NCBI GenBank assembly: GCA_038087875.1
Contig: CM075989.1
Span: forward strand, 16,370,001-16,434,000
From: Malacoraja senta
Lineage: Eukaryota
DNA length: 64,000 nt
Direction: 5' to 3'
Positions 27,363 to 38,728 of this stretch are shown piece after piece. A program made the position numbers and the translations under genes. The notes under the pieces are model-generated. The model was not told the DNA's origin. It did not search any database and saw only the letters and a program-made list of their open reading frames with translations. The stretch's first letter is position 1, and each line of letters opens with the position of its first letter.

Positions 27363-28206
27363 CGAAGATCCTATAGCGGTGCAAGATAGACCACTCCTTC
27401 TAAATGCAATGGGCTGACGTGTAGTACGCAACGGAGCGGAACGTGGGCCTTTTTTTCATCCATTTCAGTAACCCGACCCGACCCGACTCGCAGTGTGATC
27501 AACGTTGCGGGGGAACAGTTTGTGTTAATAAATTATAATTCTGAAAATGAGGAGATTTTTCCAAATAACTTTTATTTTTACGAGGATGTTTCCATAACCG
27601 GCTTCTGTCTCTGCACTAGTTATCTTTGCTCCGCTGTGGGATCTTTGGTGCGGAGACGGAAGCAGGTTACGGCAATGGGGCCGAAAATTACCCATGTATC
27701 TGCCCATGACCGTACTACCTCTTTTTCGTCGAGTGATCTATCTTGCTCGCTATAGGGGTTGCACGTAGGTCCANNNNNNNNNNNNNNNNNNNNNNNNNNN
27801 NNNNNNNNNNNNNNNNNNNNNNNNNNNNNNNNNNNNNNNNNNNNNNNNNNNNNNNNNNNNNNNNNNNNNNNNNNNNNNNNNNNNNNNNNNNNNNNNNNNN
27901 NNNNNNNNNNNNNNNNNNNNNNNNNNNNNNNNNNNNNNNNNNNNNNNNNNNNNNNNNNNNNNNNNNNNNNNNNCCTCCACTTTTTGAATTCTGAAGTTGG
28001 CTAAATGTCTCTCACGCTTATCCCGATTTCCATAATTATTTACAGCGCAAAAATTGACCATTTCGGCGGGTTTTAACGGGCCCGCTACGCTGGAAACAAT
28101 GGTAAGTGCTTACCTGCAGTTCATCGCGTGTAATCCATTTGGCGTAGCGTAGCAACAGTACGGGTCATGGGGTCGTGACCCGACTGCCGTGAAAATAGGA
28201 TCTTTG
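27363..28206. mobile_element. Non-autonomous TIR DNA transposon (P-element-like or hAT-like) spanning the assembly gap
   Basis: Termini CGAAGATCCTAT / ATAGGATCTTTG; 8-bp TSD gtaccaac (27355-27362) and ctaccaac (28207-28214); splits a Rex/L2 tail. Confidence 0.7.
27774..27973. other. Assembly gap (200 N)
   Basis: Run of N. Confidence 1.
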
Positions 28207-28632
28207 CTACCAACAACTAGAGAGTGGTCCTGAACTATTATCTACCTCATTGGGGACCCCTTGGACTATCTCTGATCGGACTTTACTGGCTTTGTCTTGC
28301 ACTAAACGTTATTCACGTTAATCCATTTATCGTGTATCTGTACACTGTAGATGACTGGATTGTAATTATGTATTGTCTTGCCGGTGACCGGTTAGCACAT
28401 GGCAAAATATTTTCACTGAGGAGAGACACAAAATGCTGGAGTTAAACTTCAGTGTAAACCACCATCTGCAGTTCCTTCAAAAACCTTTCACTTTGTCTCG
28501 GTGAACGTGACAATAAACCAAACTAAACCAACGACATGCACAAAAATGCTGGGGTAGCTCAACATGTATTGGGTTGGGACGGATGTTGGTGCATACTAAC
28601 GTGCTCGTTAGTGCCCACTAGACAGTTTTAAG

Positions 28633-28668
28633 CAAAGATTATAGAGCAGAGCTCCTCTAGTATCTTTG
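28633..28668. mobile_element. 36-bp TIR-only element or footprint with 8-bp TSD
   Basis: gttttaag [CAAAGAT...ATCTTTG] gttttaag. Confidence 0.8.
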
Positions 28669-28780
28669 GTTTTAAGGGGGCACTAAGTATGCACAACACA
28701 TCCAAGTTGGCGATATGCAGAGTACTGCCCTGCCGACTACAAATTCGGGAGGGAGGGAGGGAGGTTCAGAAGGATTCTCC

Positions 28781-28820
28781 CAAAGATCCTAGAGCGGGTC
28801 CTATAACTAGAGGATCTTTG
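28781..28820. mobile_element. 40-bp TIR-only element or footprint with 8-bp TSD
   Basis: gattctcc [CAAAGATCCT...AGGATCTTTG] gattctcc. Confidence 0.85.
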
Positions 28821-28914
28821 GATTCTCCCGCGGGTTTTCCGCATCTTGCTACATTTATGGAGATTTGTATTAAAGGTCCGGGCTGTCGCCCAGGCAACGC
28901 ATTCCAGAGCCCGG

Positions 28915-28990
28915 CCACAGCCAATGGGGCGAGCGCATCCTTTCAAGTTCGGGCCAATGAGGAGCAGAGAAGTGATATTTGAAAGATTCG
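28915..28990 (+). promoter_or_regulatory. CCNB2: CCNB2 core promoter: two CCAAT (NF-Y) boxes plus CHR
   Basis: CCAAT at 28921-28925 and 28954-28958 (33-bp spacing), TTTGAA CHR at 28978-28983, no TATA box, within a CpG-rich region (about 28730-29700). Confidence 0.85.
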
Positions 28991-29006
28991 CGGGGAAAGG
29001 AGCGGA

Positions 29007-29106
29007 GTGAAGGAGCGCCGCGGCCAAGTGAGGGAGCGCCAGCGAGGAGTGAGGGAGCGCCGCGGCCAAGTGAGGGAGCGCCAGCCAGCCAGACAGACAG
29101 ACAGAC
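29007..29106 (+). repeat. 4 x 21-bp GC-rich tandem repeat plus (AGAC)4 in the probable CCNB2 5' UTR
   Basis: Units GTGARGGAGCGCC... start at 29007, 29028, 29049 and 29070; (AGAC)4 at 29091-29106. Confidence 0.9.
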
Positions 29107-29326
29107 AGCCAGCGGCGGACCCCACTGCCTGGCATTGAACACCCTCCTCTGGACCCCGCCGCTTGTTCTGCCCGCTGCTCCAGCCAGGGAGAGGAGAGGC
29201 AGCGCTGCCCCCACCAGCTGAGCCGAAGCCGGAGACCGAGCACCGTTCCGCTGCCGCCTTGTATCTCCCCAGCCTTTCCCCCCCCCCCCCCCCCTCCGCC
29301 TCATCCCCCTCCCTCCAGTGCCCACC

Positions 29327-29350
29327 ATGGCTTTCACCCGCCGGGCTGCG
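29327..29350 (+). CDS. CCNB2: Cyclin B2 exon 1 (coding part)
   Basis: Kozak gcccaccATGG; MAFTRRAA|gtaagt. Confidence 0.9.
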
Positions 29351-29699
29351 GTAAGTGTCTTCTGTGTGCTAGCAAGTGATAGTTGAGGAGAAGACAAAAT
29401 GTGTAGGAAGGGACTGCAGATGCGGGTTTACACTGAAGATAGACACAATACCCCCCCCCCCCCTTCCATTGACTCCATCTACCCCAGCAAGGCCAGCAAC
29501 ATGATCAAGGACGAGTCGCACCCCCTGGTCACTATTTTATGTCCGGCTGCCTCTGGTAAGTGTCGGCTCTGCCTCTTGCTGTGTTGGCATTGCCCGCTCT
29601 CCCCTCCACCCCCCGACCCGCTTGCAAAGGGGAATAATTGTTCAAGTTGCCCGGTCACCCCGCGGAGAATCGCCGCCTCTGTTCTCCAACACAACCGGT

Positions 29700-29830
29700 C
29701 CAGTCTGAAGAAGGGTTTCGGCCACAAACGTTGCCTATCTCCTTCGCTCCCTAGATGCTGCTGCACCCGCTGAGTTTCTCCAGCATTTTTGTCTACCTTC
29801 GATTTTCCAGCATCTGCAGTTCCTTCTTTA
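29700..29830 (+). mobile_element. Penelope terminal fragment in CCNB2 intron 1
   Basis: Matches the end of the 16863 element; flanked by acaaccggt repeats at 29691 and 29831. Confidence 0.75.
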
Positions 29831-32023
29831 ACAACCGGTTTAGTTGTTCCAGCCACGGGGACCCGTCCTTCATCTCCAGAGCTCCTAATCTCAAACCCTT
29901 CCTGTCTCTCTACAAAATGGCGATATTCTCTGATTCACTTTTAAATAATGTGATCTGATATTGGATTATTTCAGTGACCTTGCCGTTTTATTAATCGCAA
30001 AGCTTCTTTGAATTTGGTGTCAGTTTTACAATGCTTCACGAAAAATTTGCAATATTTTGTTTGAATAACATCTCTCGTTTTAAAGAGTGTTGCAGCAAAT
30101 GGACTATTTGATTCGCAGTCCACATGTTGCCCGGCTTCCTGTTTCGTGGCTAGTGTTGCTGCTTTAAATTTGGATTGATTTTGCGTACAAAACGTTAAAA
30201 ACCTGTGTCTTAACGTGTAATTCCACATCGTTAGCGTACTAAAGCAGTTCTGGTGTTTGAAAGGAATCGAGAATTATAGAATAGGCCAGATAGCTGGAAG
30301 AAAGCGAGGGTCGGGGTGGGGCAAGGACTGGCAAGCGATAAGTGAGGAGAAGGCCAAGTGTTGGAAGGATCTGCAGATGTTGGCTTACACCAAAGTTAAA
30401 CACAAAATGCTGGAGTAACTCTGGGTCAGAAAGCATCTCTAGAGAAAAGGGACAGGTGACGTTTTGGGTCAACCTTTGTCTAAATGAGGAATTGGGTGGT
30501 GGAGAAAAAGGAGTTTGACCCAGGGTTGGGAAGTAGAGAAGACAGGGTCCAAATGGTCAACTATAATAAGGAAGATGGCAAGTGAAATGTGTGCCAGGGT
30601 CAGTTGGAGTTCCCCGTTTCCCATAATGACCCATTTGTACTTGGCTTCCTCCAGTGCCAGAATTTGAAGAATCGTGTCTTCTACTGGAGTAGCCTAGAAC
30701 CCAATGGCGTGACTATTGCTGCCTACAATTATGGGTGAAACTCCACCTACCGACTCCTCATCTGCCTAGCTCTCTTCTCACACATAGTTTTCTTTCCAGT
30801 CCCGCTGCACCTGTCACCAGGTTCATTTCCCCTCCACCTCGTAGATGTGCCCATCACCCACCCCTTCCTGCTCTGGGCCTCTCTTCCCCTATTCCTTAAT
30901 CCTGTTCTATGTTACACTCTTTATCAGATACCACCATTTGAACTGTTTTGTCATCTCTAGCCTTGGTTACTATCTTCACTCCACCCCTTCCTCTCGCTAC
31001 TTTCTACTGACTTTCTACCCTCTGCTCCACTAGCACGAAGGGGCCTGACCCAAAACACCTGTCCATTTCCCTCCACAGATGCTGCCTGGCACATCGAGTT
31101 TCTCCAGCACATTATTTTTCACTCAAGATTCCAGCATCTGTAGTCTCTCTCCCCCTGGTGTCAGTCTTGTTGGCATAACCACATAGACCTCAATCGCTTC
31201 TCAACCTATCACGGAGGTCTACGGAACAGCAATCTGCCTTTTTCTCCGCTGTTGAATGTCTGCAGGAAACTTTCCGTTCAACTTTCTTCCAATTGCCCTT
31301 GTCTCTAATTTCCATCTTCTCTCCAGGTTTCCGACTGTAGGTTATTTGATTGTTCAGCTGCAAATTGATGGCCTGGGGTCTATTTCCAGTGATTCTAGCC
31401 TGGATAATGTTTCTAATTATGTTTGGGGCAGAATTTCAAAGAACAGATCCTTGCCTCAACTTATCCAAGGCTAGCCCCATCAAGGCCTGCCCCATTTGCC
31501 TGTTTTTGCCCCACATCCCTCAAGCCTTAATGTTTTATTTATTATTGTCTGCCTCAACCTCTACCTCTGACACTTGTTCCATTTACCAAAGGGGGAGGAG
31601 TGAGTTCCCTTGAATTCCTATTAAATCTTCCCCTCACCATAAATCTAAGCCTCTTGTTCTCGATTCCTCGCCCCTGGAGGGGAAAAGAACTTTGTGCATT
31701 TGCCCTGTCTATTTCCCTCATGATTTTACAAGGTCCCCTCTCTGTCCCCTGTGCTTCAAGGAATAGTCCTAGCCTGTCCAACCTATTCCTATAGCTCAGG
31801 CCCTCAAGTCCTGGCAGCATCCTCAGGTTTTCTCAACACTTTTGTAGCTTAATGGCCTAGTTCCTGTGGCTGGGTGACCAAAACCAAACACAATGCACTA
31901 GACAACAAGTAAAGCCTCGGTAACATCCTGCAGTTTTGACTTAATTAATACACACCATCGATCTGGGTTTTGGAAGGCTGGTGAGAAATTGTCTCTATAA
32001 CACTCTACATCTTCTGTTGTTAG

Positions 32024-32134
32024 GCTCTTCGCAACTTGGAGAACATGGCGCCAGTATCCAAGGTTACTGGAGTCGTCCGACGGCCTGCTTTGGGTGACCT
32101 GGCCAATCGTGCTGTGACTCGGGCAGCTGAGCAG
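32024..32134 (+). CDS. CCNB2: Cyclin B2 exon 2 (destruction box)
   Basis: tag|GCT...CAG|gtagaa; contains D-box RPALGDLAN. Confidence 0.93.
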
Positions 32135-32227
32135 GTAGAATGTCCTTCAGCTTTGTGTCCTTCAGTTTTATGTGGCAATAGCAGCGAGTTATCCAGCTGT
32201 TAACTTTGCCTTTTTTACTTTCTGCAG

Positions 32228-32377
32228 AAAACTACCAATGTGAAACTGTCCAAACCAGTAGCGACTAAACCAAAAGGCAAAGTTGTGCAGAAAAATGCTT
32301 TGAAACCCACTGATCAAAAGAAGCAACCAGCAGTTATTGAAGTAAAGCCCCATGTAATCCAAGAGCCAATTGAAAAG
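32228..32377 (+). CDS. CCNB2: Cyclin B2 exon 3
   Basis: tgcag|AAA...AAG|gtatgt; Lys-rich N-terminal region, 150 nt. Confidence 0.9.
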
Positions 32378-32460
32378 GTATGTGAAACTTGCTGTTTGCT
32401 CCTTCAGTGTACTCTAAGTTGTTTTTGTCCCTTCCACTTTCTAATCGTCTCTTTTCAAAG

Positions 32461-32631
32461 GTCCCTCTGTCTCCAACACCCATGGATGTGTCAATGAAAG
32501 AGGAAGACTTATGCCAAGCTTTTTCTGGAACCTTGTTAAAGGTGGAAGACATTGATGCTAAAGATCACAGTAATCCTCAACTGTGCAGTCACTATATAAA
32601 GGACATCTACAAATACCTGCGCCAACTTGAG
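32461..32631 (+). CDS. CCNB2: Cyclin B2 exon 4
   Basis: aag|GTC...GAG|gtgagt; [19 protein letters not shown]...[20 protein letters not shown]. Confidence 0.96.
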
Positions 32632-34657
32632 GTGAGTAGATGCCAATGTCACTAAATTGTTACTCCTGAATTTGGTTAATGAAGTTGTGACCTAGACTTG
32701 GCAGAGTGCAGAAGGTCTTGAGCCTCATAGGGTGTACCTGGGAAAGGTTGGCCAGATTGGCATCTTACAACCAGCAATAGACACAAAATGCTGGAGTAAC
32801 TCTGGAGCATCTCTGGAGAGAAGGAATCGGTGATTTTTTGGGTCGAGATCCTTCTTCAGACTGAACAGCGGTCTATTTCCTTATAGCCGTACAAACGTTC
32901 TTACAACCAGCGGCAAGGGTTAAATATCTGCTTGGCACATAGTCTGAGTAAGATGGGCAGTTTAACATGACTGGAATAAAGAACTTTCTTCCTCAGTGGT
33001 GGTTTGAAACAATTGTCACTTCAATTGTTCATCTCGCTTGCCTGAGATCTTCACTGGAGAGAATTGGCCAATGTCAGAGGGTTGTGGTGGAAGGATGATA
33101 TTCAGGCTAAGGTCAGTGACCAATGAAGTTCTGCAGGGATCTGTTTGTGGTTTATACAATTTACATGTGAACAGACTAGTAGTATGTTTGCAGATGACAC
33201 CAAGATTGCTGGGGTCATGGACTGTGAGGAAGGCTGTCAAACTATACAGTGAGATGTAGATGGGCTATAGAAATGGGTGGAGAAATGACAAATTGAGTTT
33301 AATCTCAGCTGGTATGAGGTGTTTACACTTTGGGAAGTCAAATGTAAGGGCAAAATGTACAATTAATGACATGACCCTTCACAGCATTGAACAGAAGGAT
33401 CTTGGGTCCAAGTGCATAACTCCCTGATAGTACTAAAGAAGATATGGTATTCTTGCATTCATAGGTTGGGCATTGAATACGAGTCAGTAAGTCAAGATGC
33501 AGCGCTTTACCACTTTGCTTAGGTTGCATTTGGAGTATTGCATGCAGTTCTGGTTGCCCCATTGCAGGAAAGATATCGAGGCTTTGGAAAGGGTGCAGAT
33601 GTGGTTTACTAGAGCGCTGCCTGGATTATAGGGGGTATTAGCTCCAGGGAGAGGTTGGACATACTTGGATTGTTTTTTTCTGCAATGCAAGAGGTTGTGG
33701 GAAGACCCAAGAAGTGTATAAAATGATGAAAGAACTGCTTTCCCAGGATTGAAAAATCACATTCTAGAGGGTGTATATTTAGGGTGAGGAGCAAGTATTT
33801 TGTGGGTCGTGAGTTCCTGAAATGTGCTGCCAGATGTGATGGTTGAAACGGATAGGATGGTGGCATTTAAAATACTTTTGGATAATAATAATAATAATAA
33901 TGGATTTTATTTACGGGCGCCTTATACCGAGGTCTCAAGGACACCATACAGAGATTTATAGAAAACATATAATCAGAATTATAGGCATATAGGCATATAG
34001 ATATGCACAGAATGGATAGATCGACTGCAGGCAGATAAGAGATCTTGGCACAAATATTGTTATGCTGACCACTGACACAATTGAAGATGAGGCAGTTGGT
34101 TCAATCTCCATAACCCTGCAGTTTATTACTGGTGATGAGATAACAGTGCCTCCTTTCCACAAAAGCAAGGCAGCAAGTGCATTGGGACACTAAGTCTTTC
34201 TAACCACCCATTGCGGATGCATCTCCACATCCCAATGTTGTTAGTTTTAAGTTGTCCTCTTGTCCAGCAGTGGTGGTGCCTTAATCTGAAGGATCTCCAA
34301 CTGTTGATTCCTCTAATCCAGTATCAAGGAAGTGGTGGCCACTTGCAAAGTGTTTACTATGGGCATGAGCCATAACATGACATTTGTTCTTGATACAGTG
34401 CTACAAATTTGAAAACCAATTTTAGTCGTTTGAATAATATCCTAATGTCAAATGGCCTGCATCTGAACCAGTGTTTTGTTCACTTGTCTTTTGTCAACAT
34501 TAGGTGAACTTTAATCTTTCCCCTAGCTTTTTCCTTATTCCATTAAGACCATTGGCTTGCAACAACTGCTCGTGTCTTGAACACTTACTGATTTATTTCT
34601 CTCTTTTCCAGTGTCAACACTGTTTTGTATAATGCTTGTCATTTTACCCCATGGCAG

Positions 34658-34816
34658 AGGCAGCAAACAATCAGACCTCATTACCTTGAGGGCCAAGAAA
34701 TAAATGAACGGATGCGTGCAATCCTGGTTGACTGGCTTGTTCAGGTTCATTCAAAGTTTCGCCTGCTCCAAGAAACACTCTACATGACCGTGGCTATAAT
34801 GGATCGCTTTCTACAA
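34658..34816 (+). CDS. CCNB2: Cyclin B2 exon 5 (MRAIL, cyclin box)
   Basis: cag|AGG...CAA|gtaaat; [35 protein letters not shown]. Confidence 0.97.
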
Positions 34817-36768
34817 GTAAATATCTCATTATGGGAGATAGAATGCCTTTGAAATGTGCAGTCTAATATGTGTTTGTACATGTTCTGGATTTCATGGGGT
34901 GGGATGGATTTGTTTCCCAAATGATGTTTTGTGTTCCACAATAAAACACGTGTCCGGACTTTGAAAATTATTGCTGGACATCTAGGCAGTAGAGGTGGTC
35001 CATTACTTTGTATATGAGGATCCTCTAAGAAATTAATTGGATAGCTGTTCAACTTTTATACAGTATACCTCGATCCTTTGGAGGTTGCATATGCATTTGG
35101 CGGGCTAGATTTGCCGTTAGAGTTGGAGTCATACAACACCAAAACAGGCCCTTTAGCCCAACCTGCCCATGCCAACTAAGATGGCCCATCCAAGCTTGAC
35201 CCACCTGCCTGCGTTTGGCCCATATCCTTCTAAATCTTTCCTATCTATGTACCTGTCCAGATGTCTTAAATGTTATTCTGTAACTTGCCTCAATTACCCC
35301 GTGCCAGCTTGTTCTATACACCCACCCAGCTGTGGGAGGGGGGGGGGGGGGGTAGTATTTAGGTTCCTATTACATTTTACCCTCACTGTAAACTTGTCCT
35401 CTGGCTTTTGATTCCCCAACTCTGGATAAAATACTGCATTCACCCTATTTATTCCCCTCGTGATTTTATACATCTCCAAGATCACCCCGTGGCCTCCTGT
35501 GATCCAAGAAATAAAGTCTTAGCCTGCTCAACCCCCTCCTATGACTTGGGTGACAGTCCTGGCAACATCCTTGTAAGTCTCCTATGCGCTCTTTCCAGCT
35601 TAACAATATCTTTCCTATAGCAGGATGATCTAAACTGAACGCAATACTCTAAGTGTGGCTTAACTAATTCTGTTACAACTGTAACATAACATCCCAACTT
35701 CTCTAGTCAATAGATAAGACACAAATTGTGGGACAGGCAGCATCTCTGGATAGAAGATACTCCAATGTACCAAAAACCATTGACCACCTTATCTATCTTT
35801 GACATAATTTTCAGGGAACTATGTACCTGCACTCCTGGATCCATCTGCTCTACAACACTTTCCAGTGCCCTGTCATTGTCTCTCACTTATCTGCATTAAC
35901 CGTTCCTTTGCCCTGTTGATCAAGATCCTGTTTGGGTAACCATCTTCACTATCCACAATACCACCCCCATTCGCATCCAAATCATTAATGTAAGCCGCCC
36001 TGAGACACACCACTAGCTACAGGCTGCCAGTCTGAAAAACAACCTTCCACCATCACCCTCTACTTCCTCCCTTGAGGCAAATTCTCTATCCAACTGGCCA
36101 GCTCTCCCTGGATCTCACCAGCTCACCAAGCAGATCATTTTGATTAGTACAGGGGTTATGGGGATAAGGCTCGAGAATGGGGTTAGGAGGGAGAGATAGA
36201 TCAGCCATGATTGAATGGCGGAGTAGACTTTATGGGCCTAATTCTGCTCCTATCACTTATGACCTTATGATTATTAAATGCCTTACTCGTCCATATAGAC
36301 AATGTTTATGGCTTTGATCTCATCAACCTGGTTTAAGGCAATGCAGAGATGAATTGTAGTGTTGAACACCTTTTTCCTGATTAGTTGACTAGGTATAAAG
36401 CACCAGTCTTCAGCAGAATTGTCTTGAGTTTTTATATGTTAACATGCACCAATTGTACATTTGAACATGTCAGACTATTGATATGAAAAGTGGGGGGGGG
36501 GGGGGGGGAGAAGGATTTTATTAAAAATGTCTACATAAACACGACGAAATTTAATCAGGAGTGGATACTTGGAATTAAAAGTGAAATCTCTACCGAAATG
36601 GAAAAAATCTCGGCGTTTCTGCATGTGGTGTTGGCGTAGCAACGAATCAAAGGAAGGCTGGCACCCACAAGACAGGCAGAAACACACATACAGAGTTTTA
36701 AATATAGATAGATAGATAATCCCCTTATTTGCTTCTGCTATGTAATATTTGGAAATGCATCTTTTTAG

Positions 36769-37005
36769 AGCCAGCCTGTTTCTCGGAAGAAGCTCCAATT
36801 AGTTTCAGTGACTGCCATGCTGATAGCTTCCAAGTATGAAGAGACGTATCCACCTGCAATTGGAGACTTTGTTTACATCACAGACAATGCATACACCAAG
36901 GAACAAATCATACAAATGGAAATCCTCATTCTCAAAGAGCTTGACTTTAATTTGGGTCGTCCACTTCCTCTGCACTTCCTGAGGCGTGCTTCAAAGGCTG
37001 GTAAT
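36769..37005 (+). CDS. CCNB2: Cyclin B2 exon 6
   Basis: tttag|AGC...AAT|gtaagt; [24 protein letters not shown]...[18 protein letters not shown]. Confidence 0.97.
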
Positions 37006-37168
37006 GTAAGTACAACGTTTGGCCTCTGTAATGGCTGCAAACGCCTCGCTACTAAGATTTCAGAAGTTGTAGCTGACACAGTTGCCAACTGTAGTTTGTG
37101 ATTTGGTTTCTGAGCAGTTGGGTCAGTGGTTACTGCTTTTGTTTTGAGCCTTCTATTTTAACAAGCAG

Positions 37169-37309
37169 GTAGATGCTGAACAGCACACTCTTGCCAAGTA
37201 TCTGATGGAGCTGACAGTTATAAACTACAACATGGTGCACATCTACCCATCTGAAATAGCAGCCGCTGCACTTTGTCTCGCTCTCAAAGTCCTCGATCAA
37301 AGCAAGTGG
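37169..37309 (+). CDS. CCNB2: Cyclin B2 exon 7
   Basis: cag|GTA...TGG|gtaagt; [47 protein letters not shown]. Confidence 0.96.
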
Positions 37310-37783
37310 GTAAGTTTGCTCGACTTTGATATCTCTCATGGTTTGCATTTGAATATATAACAATTCCAAGGAGGAAAGAAGAAGGTTCAGTTCCTTCAAG
37401 CTTTCCAAGTTTTTTTGGTCTGGTTTCCATAGTTGCTTCAGATGCCCTCTTGCCACTTCCCTGCAGATTATCAACATGAGTTGGATCTAACCAATTGGTT
37501 TTCCATTCAGGATGCAACGTGCATGTGAGTTGTTGGTATCACTGGTGCTTGTTGTACCCAAGCAGTAGCTTGCTTTAGATCCCATAGTGTAGTAAGATGG
37601 TCTGATGCCTCTGTTAGTGACATCATGAGCGAGAATGTCGTTAGATGATCTAGCTCTTTATTTGGCCATGGTTTGATTTGAGCTACAATTTAGAGATTGC
37701 CACTAATTATTTCTAATTTTCCAATACTGCTCTAAAGGCCAAGCTGAATGTCTAAATTACAAAACCATAAACTTTATTTTTAG

Positions 37784-37894
37784 ACTGCAGATCAACAGTA
37801 CTATACTGGCTACTCTGAGGAATCCTTGCAGTCAACTATGAAGTGCATGGCACAGAATGTGGTGAAAGTAAATGAAGGCCTCACAAAGCATGTT
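37784..37894 (+). CDS. CCNB2: Cyclin B2 exon 8
   Basis: tag|ACT...GTT|gtaagt; [37 protein letters not shown]. Confidence 0.95.
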
Positions 37895-37969
37895 GTAAGT
37901 GTAAACCCAATTGAGATTTTTTACTCTTAACTACTTCACTGGTTTAATCTTGGTTTCTCTATTTTCCAG

Positions 37970-38071
37970 GCCATAAAGAACAAATATGCAACCGCTAAAC
38001 TGCTGAAAATAAGCACTATCCCTCAACTTAAGTCACCAATTGTCAAAGAACTGGCTGCTTCTGAATTGTAA
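37970..38071 (+). CDS. CCNB2: Cyclin B2 exon 9 (stop)
   Basis: ccag|GCC...; [33 protein letters not shown]. The nine exons sum to 1206 nt (401 aa), all introns phase 0. Confidence 0.96.
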   Translation, partial: AIKNKYATAKLLKISTIPQLKSPIVKELAASEL

Positions 38072-38397
38072 CCATCTAAAAAATAATGAACATTTTTGCA
38101 CTTTTTGGAGATTTTAACAGAATGCTGCTATATTACACTGCTCAGACGTTGAACTGTGGTACATCAGGTGCATGCCCTAATTTCAATCTTATTGAACTGT
38201 GCCATCATTTATTAGTCACTCCAATAGGATTTCTTGTCTTGACTCTGGCTCCTGCAACAGTTTCTCTATTTGGAGAGTGGTCAGCGTTACTATCATCCCA
38301 CCAGTTGTGAGCAGCTGAGATCGGTAATGTAACTAGCCAAATGCTCTAAATGTGTATGTACATTTTAAAGTTATGCCTTTATAATGCTAATTTCAAA

Positions 38398-38403
38398 ATT
38401 AAA
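38398..38403 (+). terminator. CCNB2: Probable CCNB2 polyadenylation signal (ATTAAA)
   Basis: ATTAAA about 330 nt after the stop, with TGTA motifs upstream and U/GU-rich sequence downstream. Confidence 0.55.
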
Positions 38404-38728
38404 AACTTTTTTAAGACTGTGGGGTGACTTTTTAAACTTTCCATAGTTGAAGCACCTGTTGTTCACCTTGTCTATAGCATGTCTATTTAATGCAAACATT
38501 CACCGTAAACACAAATATTACTATGTGATTAGATGTTGCAATTGGCTACTAATTTTTAAAAGTTGGGCTTTGTGGTTCAATTAGTGTAGAAGGGGCACAT
38601 TGGCCACTGCTGCTGCCCAGTGCATCCTGTTGGGAAGGAGGAACTGGCATCATGCCAGTGCAGTTATCAAATCTTAATGTACAGATGCAGAATTTGCCTT
38701 GCACATCCAACACCATTGACTCTAGGCT

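Noticed and set aside
27743..28061. ORFs containing long X runs
   Set aside because: Artefacts of the 200-N gap.
28689..29397. Several 60-175-aa ORFs over the CCNB2 promoter (e.g. ALPHLAAALPHS repeats)
   Set aside because: Explained by high GC content and the 21-bp tandem repeat; no recognisable protein.
29701..29735. Sense-strand hammerhead in CCNB2 intron 1 as a regulatory ribozyme
   Set aside because: The GAAA core is mutated (GCCACAAAC instead of GCCCGAAAC), so it is predicted inactive.
38072..38410. CPE/Pumilio elements in the CCNB2 3' UTR
   Set aside because: Only non-canonical U-rich and TGTA motifs seen; no clear consensus CPE or PBE.
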